Positions 51,653 through 64,000 of a stretch of 64,000 bases of DNA are shown here, in pieces. The notes beneath the pieces are model-generated. The model was not told the origin of the DNA and did no database searches. It saw nothing but the letters and a program-made list of their open reading frames with translations. The position numbers and the translations under genes were made by a program. The DNA comes from Protoeuglena noctilucae (lineage: Eukaryota). The DNA is taken from contig OY253674.1 in NCBI GenBank assembly GCA_958009085.1, forward strand, positions 124,001 through 188,000, in the 5' to 3' direction. Positions within the stretch are counted from its first letter, which is position 1. Every line of letters starts with the position of its first letter.

Positions 51653-52195
51653 GGGGGGTTTGTGTGGGGTTGGGTGGGGTGCGTGGGGTGGGAGTGGGCG
51701 AGTGGGCGTGGGGTGGTAGCAATGCAGCCGCGTGCACTCTGCTTATCAGGACGGCCCTTCAATGGTTGTACCGACCAGGCCGGTTGATGTGCAACGGCAG
51801 CTCTGCTTGCCAGGGCACCACAGCCGGTGCGCGTGGGAGGGAAACGGACTGCGCAGCAGCTCAAGCGTGCTATGCAGGTGCAGGTGTGGGTGTGGGTGTG
51901 GTTGCGGGTGCGGGTGCGGGTGCATGGCAACATTCGCTGTCCAATAACGCCATGCGATGTGCCATTTGCCATGACAGCCACATCCACTTAGCTAAGCTTA
52001 CACATCCATGAAAAAGGAGCCGCCGATTGCTGCTTGCTGCTTGCTGCAAAGAGTACGCACTGCTGTGCCCCATCCACCACAACCCATTCATCCCCACTCA
52101 GCCCCTCCCACCCACCCCACGCCCTTCCCACCACAACACCCAACCACTACAGCCTCTTACTCCCTGCTAACACCCAACCCACCCCCACCCCATCC

Positions 52196-55100
52196 TCACT
52201 CCCGCTTCCCCGCCCCCCGCCGCAGCATCCCCACATCAAACGCCCGCACCTCCCCCGGTCCCCCCATCCCGCCCTCCAGCAGCTCCCTCAGCCGCACCGG
52301 GTCACTCGTGGGCTCTCGGCAAGTGAAGCGCTCGCACACGTAAGCCACCGCACCCGCACCCGCAGGGGCGCGGCTGGGGCCCTCCGATCCCCGCGCAACC
52401 GCCAGAGCTGCCGGGTTGTGTTTCTCCCAGAACGCCACGTCCCCTGCGCGCGGAGCGGTGGCGGGGTCGAAACGCCAGTGACGCGCCAGAGAGCACGTTT
52501 CGCGCGTCCGGCCCGGGCCCACCCACCTCGCGGGGCCAAGTGCCACGAAGCAAGCCGCCGTTTGAAAGCAAACCAGTAATACAACTTAATATAATATTAT
52601 TAATCAAGTGATAACCTTCTTATATTTGAATCCCCTCATGTTGTCCTCGCCTGGCTTGCTGAGGTCAATGTGGACGATGGTGCGTGATCGCCCTGTGCGA
52701 TAGGTCCGCGTCACCTCCCTCAGCAGCGCTGCGTGCGCTGCGTCGTCGCAGCCCGGATGTTTCGCGAGAATGACCTGTTGTTGCTCGGGGGAGGTGGCAA
52801 CGACAGCGGCGGCTGCGGCCATGGTGGGCATCGAGAGGGGCGACTCCCGCAGCACCTCCGCGAAGGCATCCACTGCGGGGATTGGGAAGAATAATGGGTA
52901 TATTTATTATTATTATAAAATGGAAACTAGGATCAGAGGAAGGATGGGGTGGAAAGACAGCAACGTGAGGGTCGCTGCCAGGTCAATAATGGGGACTTGT
53001 AGGTGACGAGAATGAAAAGTGGGATAAGTGAAAGAATGGGGACTGTTGTGGAACGGCAGCGTTGTGAGGGTCGCTGCCATGTCGATCATGCCTATCATTG
53101 CTCATGGCATAGTAGTAGTGGTAGTTCATGACTTGCTATGCCGATTGCCGCTTATAGCTACTACGATAGCATAGCAGCAGCAGTGTATGACACGCTTGCA
53201 ATGAGCCAATCAACTGATAGCGTCTTACCGCATCGTTGGGCCTTCTCTTGGTATCCCATGTCCGGGAAAAGGTGGCTGAGGCGGGAGATATTTAAAGCAG
53301 CGATGCTGGAGGCTGGGGGGAGAGGGGAGGGGGGGTGGGTGTTGATACTCATAGCAGCAATACGCAATGCTGGGGGGCGCCAAACTGTGCTATGTGCTTT
53401 GTGCTATGGGCGGCCGCCACTTCCTACTTTTGCCACAATCATGTTCACACTCACATTTATATCTATAATTAATTCAAATTCCCATCTCACCCGCCGGCTC
53501 CGCGTTGTCGGTGTCCTCCTTGAACCTCACGCGCACGTGGGGGTCGTCGGCGTGATTGTGGAAGTAGCCCCCGCTCTCGTCGTCCCAGAAATGCGCGTCC
53601 ATCGATGACTGCAGGTCGGACGCCCATTCCAGCCAGGAAAGGGAGCCAGAGACCTGGGGATGGGTTGGGGTGGTTGGGTGGTGGGGGTGTGGGAGTGGGG
53701 GAGTGGGTGGGGGTGTGGGTGCGGGTGGGTGCATGGGTGTGGGGGTGTGGGAGTGGGTGCATTTGTGAATGATGGGACCAGTCACAGTCACTTATAGATG
53801 CTGCGTTATCTGTGAGCCTCACCATAACTCCCATCTCATACAGCACCACCCAACACCCCTCAAATCATCCAGCACAACCCAACACCCCTCACCACCCCCA
53901 TCACCACCACCCCCCTCTCCTCACCTCATACATATCCAGCAGCCCCCCCACCATCTGCGCATAGTCGTCCGCAAACCCCCTCCCCGCCTTTCGCGTCCGG
54001 TAGCTCCTGGCGAGCATCTTCGAATCTTTATCGTAGAGATGCGATTGGATGAAACATGCGGCCTCCTCTGCCGCTTGCAGATAGCGATGAGGGTCGTGGG
54101 TGGTGGCGGGGAACTGGGCGGGGGAGGGGCTGCGGGGGGGGGGGGGGGGTTGGGGTGTGGGTGGGGTGAGGTGAGGGGATGGGGAAGTGAGGGGTGAGGG
54201 TGAGAGGAAATGGGTGGGCTGTGGTGCGAGGGAGAGGTGATGGGATGGGATGAGGGAGGGGGTGGTGGTGCAAGCGAGAGCATGGTGCCACAGCGCCTCA
54301 AACGCCATGCCAAGTCAACCCACACCATTCCCCCACCCCCAGTGCTCAACACCACCACCACACCAACCCCCCATCCGCCACTGCTCACCCCAGCACCCCC
54401 GCCGCCCTCGCCATCGCCCCAATCGCCATCCATCTCACATCACAAACACCACAACCCCACCCCCACCACCCTCTTATCTCACCTGAGCACCCCCGCCGCC
54501 CTCGCCATCGCCGATATCGCCATGCCATTCCACGCCACAATGACCTTGTCGTCGCGGCGGGGACGCGGGCGCTGACTGCGCACTTCGTGGAGCCTGGGAT
54601 GGGCATGGGGGAGAGGGGGGTGGTGAGAGAAACCACGCCATGCAATAACCCCTGATTGCAGGCTGCAAACTCCATCCCACCCCACCCACACGCACCCCAT
54701 CGCACTGCACCACCCCACCACCTCACCCCCACCCCATGCACCACCCCATGCACCGCCCCATCATGTACCACCCCACCTTCGCAGAGCACGTTCGATCCCC
54801 TCGGACACCCCCCCCGATGCCCCCTCCCCAGGCCTCGCCACGTACAGCACGTTCTTGCCAGCGAACTCCCCGTGAGGGTCGCTCCTCGCAGACCGGTCGC
54901 AGTTGCCAGACGGGCTGCGGGGGTGAGTGTGTGTAAGTCTAAACAAGTCTGTGCAAGTCTAATTAAATCTAGTCTACCATGGCCACACCCACTGGCAGTC
55001 AATGCATAACTGGCGTCACCAAAGCAACCTGCACCGCCCCACCCACCCATACCTCCCCCCACCCACACACAAACACACTCACCGCACGTCAAACATCCTG

Positions 55101-57430
55101 CAGAACTCCTCCACCACCCCCCCCCCCCCCCCCCCCCCCCCCCTCCACCCCCCCCAATGCCTCCTCCACCTCCCCACGCCCCCACACATAGAACGCGCCC
55201 TCCTTCACCCTCCCCCCGCTCTCAGCAGGCGAGTCCGCGTCCTCCGCAGACGTGAACGCCCCCTTCTCCGCATGCCGCATGCCTCGCAACAAATAATCCA
55301 GCGTGGACCTCACGAATCGGTCGAGCGAGGCGTCCCCCGTCAGCGCGACATAATCCACGCACGCTCTCGCGACCTGTGCGTTGTCGTAAAGCATTTTCTC
55401 GAAATGCGGGACGTGCCAGAGCTCGTCCACGCTGTACCGGTGCATCCCGCCGCCCACTTGGTCGCAGATGCCCCCGCGTGACATGGCGGTCAATGTGGCG
55501 TGGGTCATGCCCAGGAAGGGGGCGGCGGCGGCTGGGGGGATGGGGAGGGGGAACTGGGGTTGGGAGAGAGGTTGGTGGGGGTGTTGGGGCGGGGAAAGGG
55601 TTGGCGGGGGAGAGAGGGTGGTGGGGGTGGTGTGCGGGAGGGGGTTGGTCACGCCCCACGCATCACAAACACCCGTCACCCCCTCCACATCACACCCACT
55701 CACCCTCATCCCCCCCCTGCTTGGCCCTCCACGCGTGCTCCATGAGCGCCGTCAGCTCTGCTGGCCTGGGGAACTTGGGCGCGCCCCCGAAGCCCCCGTG
55801 GTCGCCGTCGAAGCGGCCCGCCAGCACGCCCGCACAGGTGGCGAGCATCTCGTGTGCCTAAAACAGGGGGTGGGAGTTAAGGGGTGATGAGTGTGTGTAC
55901 TGATTGAATGCACAGCCATGCACAGCCAGCATTTCGTGGGACTGAGGGACATCCACACCCACACTCACATCCACACCCACACTGCTACCCACACCCACAC
56001 CCACACTGCTACCCCCACACCCCCATCCCACCCCTCTACCCACCCAACCCCTCCCTCACCTCCGCCCTCGACACGGCGCCCTTCCCCCCCCTCGCCGCCC
56101 TCGCCGCCACCTCCTCCAGCTGCCGCATCACGTTTCTGGCACTGCCCCGGATTTCGTCGCCGCGCTCGGACCACAGGTCGGCGATGCGGCGGATGAGGCT
56201 GCGGAGGAGTAATACAGGGGTGGGGTGGGGTTGGGACATACCCACAGTTAGGGTGAGGCTGCGGGGTGGCGTTGGTGGGGTGGGGCTGGTGGGGTGGGGT
56301 TAATAGTGCCACAGAGACTGATGGCACTGCCAATTATTGCTACTGCTACGTGTGATTATGGCACCAGCTTCCCCTGCCAGCGAATCAAAATATTCTTCGG
56401 CATCCCCGACCCACATCACGTTCCCCAGCACCTGTCGCGCTCACGTGAGGAATCCAGGCCTGCCGTACGCGTCCTGCTTCGGGAAGTAGGTCCCGCCCAC
56501 GATGGGCTCGAGGTCGGGCGTCAGAAACACCGTCATGGGCCTGGGGTTAATGGCAAGAGGAGGGAGGGGGTTGGGAGTTACAAACAGAGTCATGGCGTGG
56601 GGGTGGAGCGAGGGGGTGGGCAGGGTGACTGCAGTACAGGGTGACTGCAGTACATCAATCCAACACAATATCGTGTGCACTCTGTGCTGCAATCCCGCCC
56701 TCTCATTTCGCCTGCCGCCCCCCATACTCACCAGCCCCCGCTCCCCGTCATGGCTTGCACGAACTGCGTGCGAGGAGCGGAGGAAGGCGATCACTGTCAA
56801 CTATTGCCCTCACAGCACCAGCGTTGGGCAACACTACGACTACGCACAGCATCCCTCAAGCGACTTTCAACCTCCTTGTGAAGAGCCCCCCCCAGGTCAC
56901 CTCCATGTACGTGCGGTCCACGTCCGGCCTCTCTTCCCTGTCCACCTTGACCGACACAAAGTGCTCGTTCAGATACGCGGCCACCTCCTCGTCCTCGAAA
57001 CTCTCGTGCTCCATGACGTGGCACCAGTGGCAGCTGCTGTAGCCCACCGACTGCGCCACAGCACGAAAGCGGTGAGGTGGCGTAACGCAGCACATTTTGG
57101 TGAGATGGGGTGCTGAGATGGGGTGACGCGGCCCCGAAATACTAATCCATGACTCTCTCTGACTCCAGCGTGACTTCAAGCATGTGCGCACCAGGAATAT
57201 TGGCTTGTTCTCGCTCCGGGCGCGCTCGATCGCTTCGTCGCCCCATGGGTACCAGTCCACGGGATTCGTTTGGTGCTGGAGGAGGTACGGCGACTCCTCA
57301 CCCGCCTGCTAGCAGGGGATTCGCGAGGCGAGCGGTGGATGGTGCGTGCTCGGCAGTTGGGCGCTGTCGGAGCACGGCGCGCGCTGCTCACCAGCCGGTT
57401 GGGGGCCCCAGCCCGCACGAGTATCGACAT
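52196..57430 (-). CDS. SPATA20: SPATA20/YyaL (SSP411) thioredoxin-domain plus alpha/alpha-barrel protein, about 14 exons
   Basis: [109 protein letters not shown]. Confidence 0.93.
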
Positions 57431-58232
57431 CCTGCGACCGAGGCTGTCCGGAGCCCGGTGCGAGCGGAGGACGCTCGAGCCCGGAGGTGTCGCGGGGCGG
57501 TGACCTACAGGCGGCCTAGGAGCCAGCCTCCGGGAGCCTGCCCGCCCGCGAGCTGCCCCAATCTCGGGCACGGACCTCAATGCGCAAATGCAACGAGCGA
57601 TCGGACCCGATGCGCATGAACGGGGAGCCATTTCTCGCGAACCAACAGGTAGACGCAACGACGAGGCCTGGGTACCCACGCCATATGCCAGTTGCTTGTG
57701 ATAAACAGTTGTAGACGCGCGAGGCTCGAGAGGACTCCCCGGCCGCGTCTGACGCCAGACACCTCGCCCAGTGGTCCGCCCTTCCGCGCGGTCGCCCCAA
57801 CTCCGCACACATTCGCATGGCGGAGGGGCCGGAGAAAGCCTTGTCGCGCTCCTGCGCCCGCGAACCCGGTGACCCCGACAGCTGACGAGCTTCCGCGCCG
57901 ATTTCGCGCTCTCGAGACTGCAGCAGCTCTGAGGTGAGCTACTGGAGCTGGTCGGCAGCGCAGGCCCCCCTGTCGGCGCAGCCAGTGACCCGGGGATGCA
58001 CCAGGAGCTTCGCGGGAAGCCTGCGCCCCGCGCGAGCGCCTGCGTGAGCCCGCACGCTCCGTCAGCGTCTTCAAGCCGTTTCAGCTCCTGACTGGGCGCG
58101 CCAGGGCCGCGGGCCGGGCCCCGCGTCGCGAATTGGCGGCCCCGGCTGTCGACGCAGGACAAACTCCGCATCGGGCGCTCGCGAGGCCGGGAAAGGACCT
58201 CCGCCGGACAGCTCGGCCGCACGTCGAGCCGG

Positions 58233-60498
58233 ATGGGCGACGGGCCGCAAGTCCGGGCGTCGGGGCGCTCGGGCGGCCCGCAGTGCACACTTGACCCGGC
58301 GCAGCCTGCGCCCGACGCCGCCCGGGACGTCGCGCGTGGCGTGGGGCGTGCTTCCGTGTCGAGCGGGGAAGAGAAAGTGAGCCGTGCGACGCCGGGAGCC
58401 TCAGCCACGCCGCTCGCGCGGGTCCCTAGTTGCGGATGGCAAGGCGTGCGTTGTTCCCCGCCCATCCGCGCGCCCGTGCCCTTTGCGCAGGAATCGGTGT
58501 CTCATCGACCGAGAGCGCGTCAGCGGACCCTCTTCCGCGACTCCACCATCCGTCACGTGGACGTGAGTGGCCGCGAGAAGGCTGCGCACGGCATCAGATG
58601 CATGCCTTCTATTGCAACCGCCTCCCACCCGCGCCCCGCAGAGAGCCATCGCGTCGGGCTCGCTCCCGTCGATATACTGCCCCTGCGACCCCGGGCGCTT
58701 CCCCACCCCGGAGCAGGCCAAGCACGTACCGCAGTGGCACGAACTCCGCGACTGGAGCCTCCGGGCCGGCAACGAGGGCGGCGCGCGGCCTCCGTGGGCC
58801 TCGCCGATCCCCAAAATCTCCACCGCGGACGCCGGGACCGCGGAGGCTAGCCCGGCGCCCCCCACGCCCGTGCTGCGTGTCTCCCGACTCAAGTCCAAAC
58901 CCTTCGGCGGCCGGGGCTACACCTCCCAGTTCCGCGGCGTCCACCAGACGATGCCCACCGGTGCGCACGTGGCTGTTAGCGACCGCTCCGCCCTCGGCTG
59001 CCTGTGGGCAGGGGCGGAATCGACACCAATCGCCAACATCGTGCGCCACGGTGCGACACACCCTTCGCTTTTGCAGTTGGCAACCGCGTGATGTGTACCA
59101 CCGCCGCAGGTCGCTGGGAGGCGCAGTTCCGCCGGCAGGGTCGGCCCACGTCTCTGGGATGCTTCGACTCTGAGGAGGACGCGGCGAGAGCGTACGACCA
59201 GATGATGATATGGATACACCTGCGAGAGCCCAGCAAGGCGAGTGGGCGGGGCTTTCGAGTCGCAGTCGTAATGGGCATTGGATGGCAGTGACTGGGGTTG
59301 TGCCAGTACTAGCAGCGAGCATGTTCACCCACCCCTCGGCCCCATCCCCATACCCCCCAATACCGCAGGCGCTCAACATCAACTTTGATTTGGACAACTA
59401 CGCGGGGCAGATCGAGTATTTGCGGGGCGTGGCGCAGGACGACCTGCTGGACGAACTGCGAAAGCTGGGGCGGCTACAGGCGGAGGTTACCAAGGGCCGG
59501 CGGCATACAGACAGGAAGCGGGGGCGGGGTGGGGGCGGGAGGAAGGACGAGGGGGCGGGGTTCGGGGAGTCGCAGGGTGGCGGTGGGGGCGACGCGCAGG
59601 ACGGGGCTCGTGAAGCGACGTGGGCCAAGGGGGGGGCAGCAGGTGCGGGTTGGGGTGGCAAGGTCCATGTCTATGTCTAATTCATATTTATAATGTTCCA
59701 CCCGAGGTGGGTTGACATCGGGAACATGCTGGTTGCTCACGCATCCGTGTGCCTCGCTTCTCTCGCAGGTGCAGGGGAGGGGTGGAGTCACGAAGGGCAA
59801 CAGGAGGCTGTTCGCGACGGGGTATGGGCCAGGGGTGGCGCAGCAGGTGAGGCAGGAGACTGCCTGTGAAGTGGCATGGGCCAGTGGGTGCAGCGGGCAG
59901 CGGCGCAGCAAGGCTTTGGTAACACTTGCCGCGTTGTTCACGCTCACGCATCCGTGCACGTCGCTCCCTCCCCGACCCCGCAGGCACAGCGGAGGCGTGG
60001 GGACACGACGGGCCGCCGCGCAGGTGGGACCCGTCCCTTGCCCCCACCTCAGTGGCGTTTGTGGAAGCAATGGCAGACGCGGGTCTCGGTGGTTTCGGTA
60101 CCGGCGCGGGGGACCCGGGCTGGGAGCCGCAGCGGATCCGCGAGGCCTGGATGGCGCCCGCGAGGGGTGCCGCAGCGAGCGGGCCCTTCCTGTCGCGTGG
60201 AATGGTGGCGCTCGCGCCACCGGGAAGCGGGCCTCCACCCCTTATGGCCCTACCATCGCCTCTGTTCTTCCTCCCGGCCATGACGGGGCTCCCCGGGGGG
60301 AGCTGGCCGCCCGCGCTGATGCCCCAGCCACTGCAGCCCGGGCTGCCCGGCTTTGTGGGAGGGCTCTTGGGAGGGTCGGTGTCAGTGTCGTCGCCCCCAC
60401 CGCTGCTGCCGGGGCGCGGGATGCCGGCCGCAGCCGCCCGCGGCATGGGGACGGGCGTCCCCGCGAACTGGGAGGCACTGCGGGGCCCCACCAGCTGA
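58233..60498 (+). CDS. AP2/ERF-domain transcription factor
   Basis: TSQFRGVHQTMPTG-RWEAQFRRQGRPTSLGCFDSEEDAARAYD...ALNINFDLDNY; Pro/Gly-rich C-terminus. Confidence 0.85.
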
Positions 60499-60649
60499 GC
60501 GCGGCGATGCGTAGCGGTGCACAGCAGGAGCGGCTGCGCTGCTATGCTCTTGTGTAGATGTCATCACCAGTCGTCATGCATGTCGACTTCGAGTATAATG
60601 CAGACTCGTTTCAACGCGAGAACGGCGAGCCATTAGGGTGTGCAGGACC

Positions 60650-61564
60650 TCACACGCCGTGCGACAGGGGCTGCGCGGTAGGGCGGGGCCCAGCCATGGC
60701 CCTCCCCGGCCCCTGCAGCTCCGAGAACTCGCTCTTGATGCGCGCGTACGGCAAGTCCCGGCCTTGCTCGAGCGCCTCAAAGTCCGCGGCGAGGACGTTC
60801 TTAGGGACCTGGCCGACTGCGATCGCCTGGAGGCGCCCCTCGGCGTCCAGGAAAACGTACTCGGGGATCCCGGGGACCCCGAACTCGGCCATCTCCGGCG
60901 CCCACTGCGAACATTCACGACTCCGGGAGGTCGACTGCGGGGAATAAGGCCGTCGCGCATCCGCGGGGCTCACCGGGACCCACGCGCACCTTCGTGTTGT
61001 CGACGTTCAGCATCACGAAGTTGACGCCGTCCCTGTGCGCGCGCTCCACATCGTACGTATCCGCCGCCATCAGCTGGCATACCTTGCACCAGTCTGCGAG
61101 GACCCCAGGGAAAGATAATTCGCATCCTCTCTTCGTGGCTCCTCGCCCCCGCCTGCGCGAGGCGGAGGCGCATCTGCGAGGGCCTCACCCGCGTAGAACT
61201 CCATAACCGTCGGTTTGCCGTTTCTGAGCGCCTCCTCGAGCGGAACCGCGTCCCGCTCGAGCTCGGCCAAGGACGGCCCCGGCATCGCGAACTTGGTCGC
61301 GACGAAGATGGCGGCCCCCAGCGCCACGGCTGCTCCTGCTAATGCCCCTCCGCTGCTCGACGGCGCGTCAGCCGCGGGAGCGGGCGCTTCTCCCCGCGCG
61401 GGGGCCTCGCGCTCGACCGTGCGCACCTCCTCCCCGCCCGGTCCGGCGAAAGCCACGCACCGCAGCCTCGCTGGCGTCGGCGGACACGTCACAGATCGCA
61501 CCCGCGCGCTCGCTGGGGCGCACAGGCGCGAGGCCGCGGCAGGGGGGACCGCCAAGGCTGCCAT
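60650..61564 (-). CDS. HCF164: Thylakoid thioredoxin-like protein HCF164, 3 exons
   Basis: Transit peptide, TM segment, then NGKPTVMEFYA-DWCKVC, VNFVMLNVDNTK-WAPE..EFGV.GIP. Confidence 0.92.
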
Positions 61565-61703
61565 TGGTGATGTGCGCGATATTCAACGCGAAGGGGACAC
61601 AGGACTTCACAACTACCTCCTTTGCAACCGCAGCAACATGTATGTCCGGCCTAAGGGAAGGGCAGTCCATGAATTTGATAGTGGCTAGGTCACAAGCAGG
61701 TCA

Positions 61704-62324
61704 TCACGCGGGAACAGGCGCGCCGTACATCCTCGACACGTGAAAGAGCGTCCACCACTTGACAACCCTCAGAGCCAGGTCTGGGGGGACGAAGGTGAGG
61801 ACAGACTGGCAATCCGTCCGGCGTTGCTCCATGCCACAACAGTCGCCCACCCGTCCCCCGTCGCGCCACCCACCCATTCATAGTGTCACCTGACAAGGCC
61901 CACAAGAGCAGCCCAGCGCCCAGCAGGATACCCAAGGCCAGGACCTTGACCTGCCACCGAGTCTTGGCCGTCGATGCGACCAACTGTCGATGCCTCACCC
62001 TCACCTCCGGCAGCAGGCCTCCTGTGGGCCCCAGGCAAAGCGGTGATTCGCAACATGTGCACCCGACGTGACCTGCGCCACATGAATTCGATCCTCACCC
62101 GCAAGCTCGTCGTCGGCAGGGTACGGCACGGGGACTCGGCGCCTCAGTGCGCCATCGGGTCCGCCCTCTGAAGCACCCAGGGGCGCGCTCAGCCTGCGAT
62201 GCAAAGCCGGCATACAGTCAGCGTGGCCCTCATAGAGGTGCCGAATCTGCATGACGAGGAACATCTCAGCTCCGCCAATGTGCGCTCTCCCATCTGCGCA
62301 CCTGATGTGGCGCCGGCTGTCCAT
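61704..62324 (-). CDS. Small hypothetical membrane protein
   Basis: Spliceable exons including hydrophobic VKVLALGILLGAGLLLWAL; structure tentative. Confidence 0.35.
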
Positions 62325-63068
62325 GCGCGGCCGGGCGCCCGCTTAGCTGCTTGGGCTTCCAACTGTAGCGCTCTGCGTCGCGCGGGTGGCGCTGACCTCG
62401 TCGGGTATTTCTGGCAGATCTGACGCTCGGTCCACCTCGCGCGCTGCGGGACGCGTGGGCCCCCACATTGCTAGCTTCGAGTCGACGGAGCCGCTGTTGA
62501 CCTGCCTGCGCGCGACTGTCAAGTGTGGGCGAAGACCGTTCACAGCTCATCGCCGAGCTCGCTCCCAGACGCGTCTTTTATCACCCCTGTTACCGCACAC
62601 GCTTGGCGCGCTCCGTCTCGTCGCTAGCCCGCAAACCCCCGTGGTCGTCGCGAAAACGCGCGCCATGGATCCCCCGGGGGCGGTCCGGGAGCGCGTGGAA
62701 TAAGGTGCGTTCGTGTGCAGCGCGTCGCGGCATTCCGTCGCGCAGGTGGTCGAACCCGTGCCACCCAGGGACACAAAAGCCGGCTGCATGAACTGGGCGG
62801 CCGGTCTCCCCCCCAATGGCGTCGCCCATGCGCGTTTTCGCTTGGGAAGTTGCTGCGAAAACGGAGCTCGGCTGCGTTCGTGCGCGCTCGGTCCCAGGCG
62901 CGCGGGGTGGAACCTGCGACGCATCTGCCCCCGCTCGCGCCGGCGTCCGGCGCCGCGCGCGTCCCCCTGGGGCCGGTCGTGGTTGAGACCGGGCTCGCTT
63001 TGGCGCTTGCGAGCTCCCTCCGCTCTTTCGCCGCCCCACACGACGCATGCTCCGACGCACGCCCGCAG

Positions 63069-64000
63069 ATGGTGGAGGCTGCTGGTGGCCTGGCGCCCAC
63101 GGCGTCCACGCCGGTCTTGCCGGCCGAGATAAGCAGGATCCCGCCACTGCCGCCGCGCGGGGGCGAAGGCAGCACCGCGACGACGGCGGGGGTCGGGCGG
63201 CAAGGAGGGGGCGGGAGGGTGATGGAGGAAAGCGGCAAGGTCGTCGCCGGGGACGCGCGCGACAGCGGCCCGAGCACGTATACGGACGGCGTGAAGGGTC
63301 CCGGCATCAACTCGGCCCCGGCATCGCAGACCGAAGACCACAAACGCTCGCGACGCGTGCGCGTGGCCCCCGAGCCGCCCGCGCCGCTGCGCCGGCGGAG
63401 TTCCAGCATGCGCGCGCGGCGGAACAACGCGGCGGAGCGAAGGGTCCAGAAGTTCCGCGCCAAGCTGGGTGAGCGCGGCGGGCGCGCGCGCCGGGGCTCG
63501 GGTCATTTCGCGCCCACTGCCCATCTCCCACCCCGCTCCGCCCTCGGCGCCCGCAGACGCCTGTCCGGCGTGGGAGCGCTTCCTGGTAACGATTCTCCAG
63601 TCGTGGCCCTACACGCTGCTGGTCTGCGCCGTCGCGGTGCTGCTCTGCGCGACCGACACGGTCGTGGAAGTGCTGGCGGCCGGGGGAGCGGCCGTCTGGC
63701 CCGGGTACGCCCTGGCGGGGGTGCTGTTCGCCGTCACGGTGCTCGACACGACGCTCCATTCCGTCGAGGCGCTGCGGCGGGTGCTGGACTTGGAGGGCAC
63801 GCACGTCGTGCTGATCGGCCTCGACGCCCTCGCGCTCGCCTGCTTCGCGGCCGGGCTCGCCATCACCGGCAAGGTCTTCGTCCCGTTCCTCACGGGCCTC
63901 ACGACGGTGTCCTCGGTGGATTACGCGCGGACGGAGCTTGCGAGAGAGTCGCAGGAGCGGGCGACATCGATGGGCCTGCTGCTCCTTCCCCTCTTCAAGC
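63069..64000 (+). CDS. 5' part of a multi-pass membrane protein, possibly ion-transport S1-S4-like; truncated by window end
   Basis: Exon 63069-63468 spliced to 63557 onward gives SWPYTLLVCAVAVLLCATD...VLFAVTVLDTTL...LIGLDALALACF; open to the end. Confidence 0.5.
   Translation, partial: MVEAAGGLAPTASTPVLPAEISRIPPLPPRGGEGSTATTAGVGRQGGGGRVMEESGKVVAGDARDSGPSTYTDGVKGPGINSAPASQTEDHKRSRRVRVAPEPPAPLRRRSSSMRARRNNAAERRVQKFRAKLGERGGRARRGSGHFAPTAHLPPRSALGARRRLSGVGALPGNDSPVVALHAAGLRRRGAALRDRHGRGSAGGRGSGRLARVRPGGGAVRRHGARHDAPFRRGAAAGAGLGGHARRADRPRRPRARLLRGRARHHRQGLRPVPHGPHDGVLGGLRADGACERVAGAGDIDGPAAPSPLQ

Noticed and set aside
62665..62703. MDPPGAVRERVE* mini-ORF before a splice donor as a stop-readthrough candidate
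   Set aside because: More simply a uORF or a different-frame exon; no conservation evidence available
1..64000. Hundreds of long overlapping six-frame ORFs
   Set aside because: Expected from high GC and low complexity; most are antisense shadows or intron read-through of spliced genes
1..64000. TAA/TAG-to-Gln genetic code, since nearly all confident stops are TGA
   Set aside because: I found no in-frame TAA/TAG in conserved exons or the long ankyrin ORF; TGA bias fits high GC, and two genes plausibly end in TAA
1..64000. Introner-like family of repeated mobile introns
   Set aside because: Introns share composition but I saw no near-identical intron sequences or terminal repeats between genes

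Overview
GC-rich, intron-dense eukaryotic nuclear DNA, most consistent with a green alga (BSL Kelch phosphatase, plastid HCF164, an AP2 factor and CDC14 occur together). I assembled about 22 protein-coding genes by hand, largely as alternating divergent/convergent pairs: BSL, a NEK-type kinase, TAF4, cytosolic GluRS, a cofilin-domain protein, an AlkB-like oxygenase, ACR2/Cdc25-like rhodanese, a DHHC S-acyltransferase, Tim13, CDC14, proteasome alpha3, an intronless ankyrin protein, SPATA20/YyaL, AP2, HCF164 and several unknowns. I saw no RNA genes, CRISPR arrays or recognisable transposons. The most unusual signal is a recurrent 'exon echo': in seven unrelated genes, a 20-50 nt copy of an exon end, including its splice site or stop codon, lies 49-112 nt away in the intron or 3' UTR. 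These non-coding copies differ from the real exon mostly at synonymous positions. One GluRS intron contains a complete nested intron flanked by recoded stubs of both neighbouring exons. Also notable are 14 GC-AG introns (about 1 in 10) and strongly polarised G-rich-5'/C-rich-3' introns. Exon boundaries were read by eye, and gene ends in low-complexity regions are approximate.
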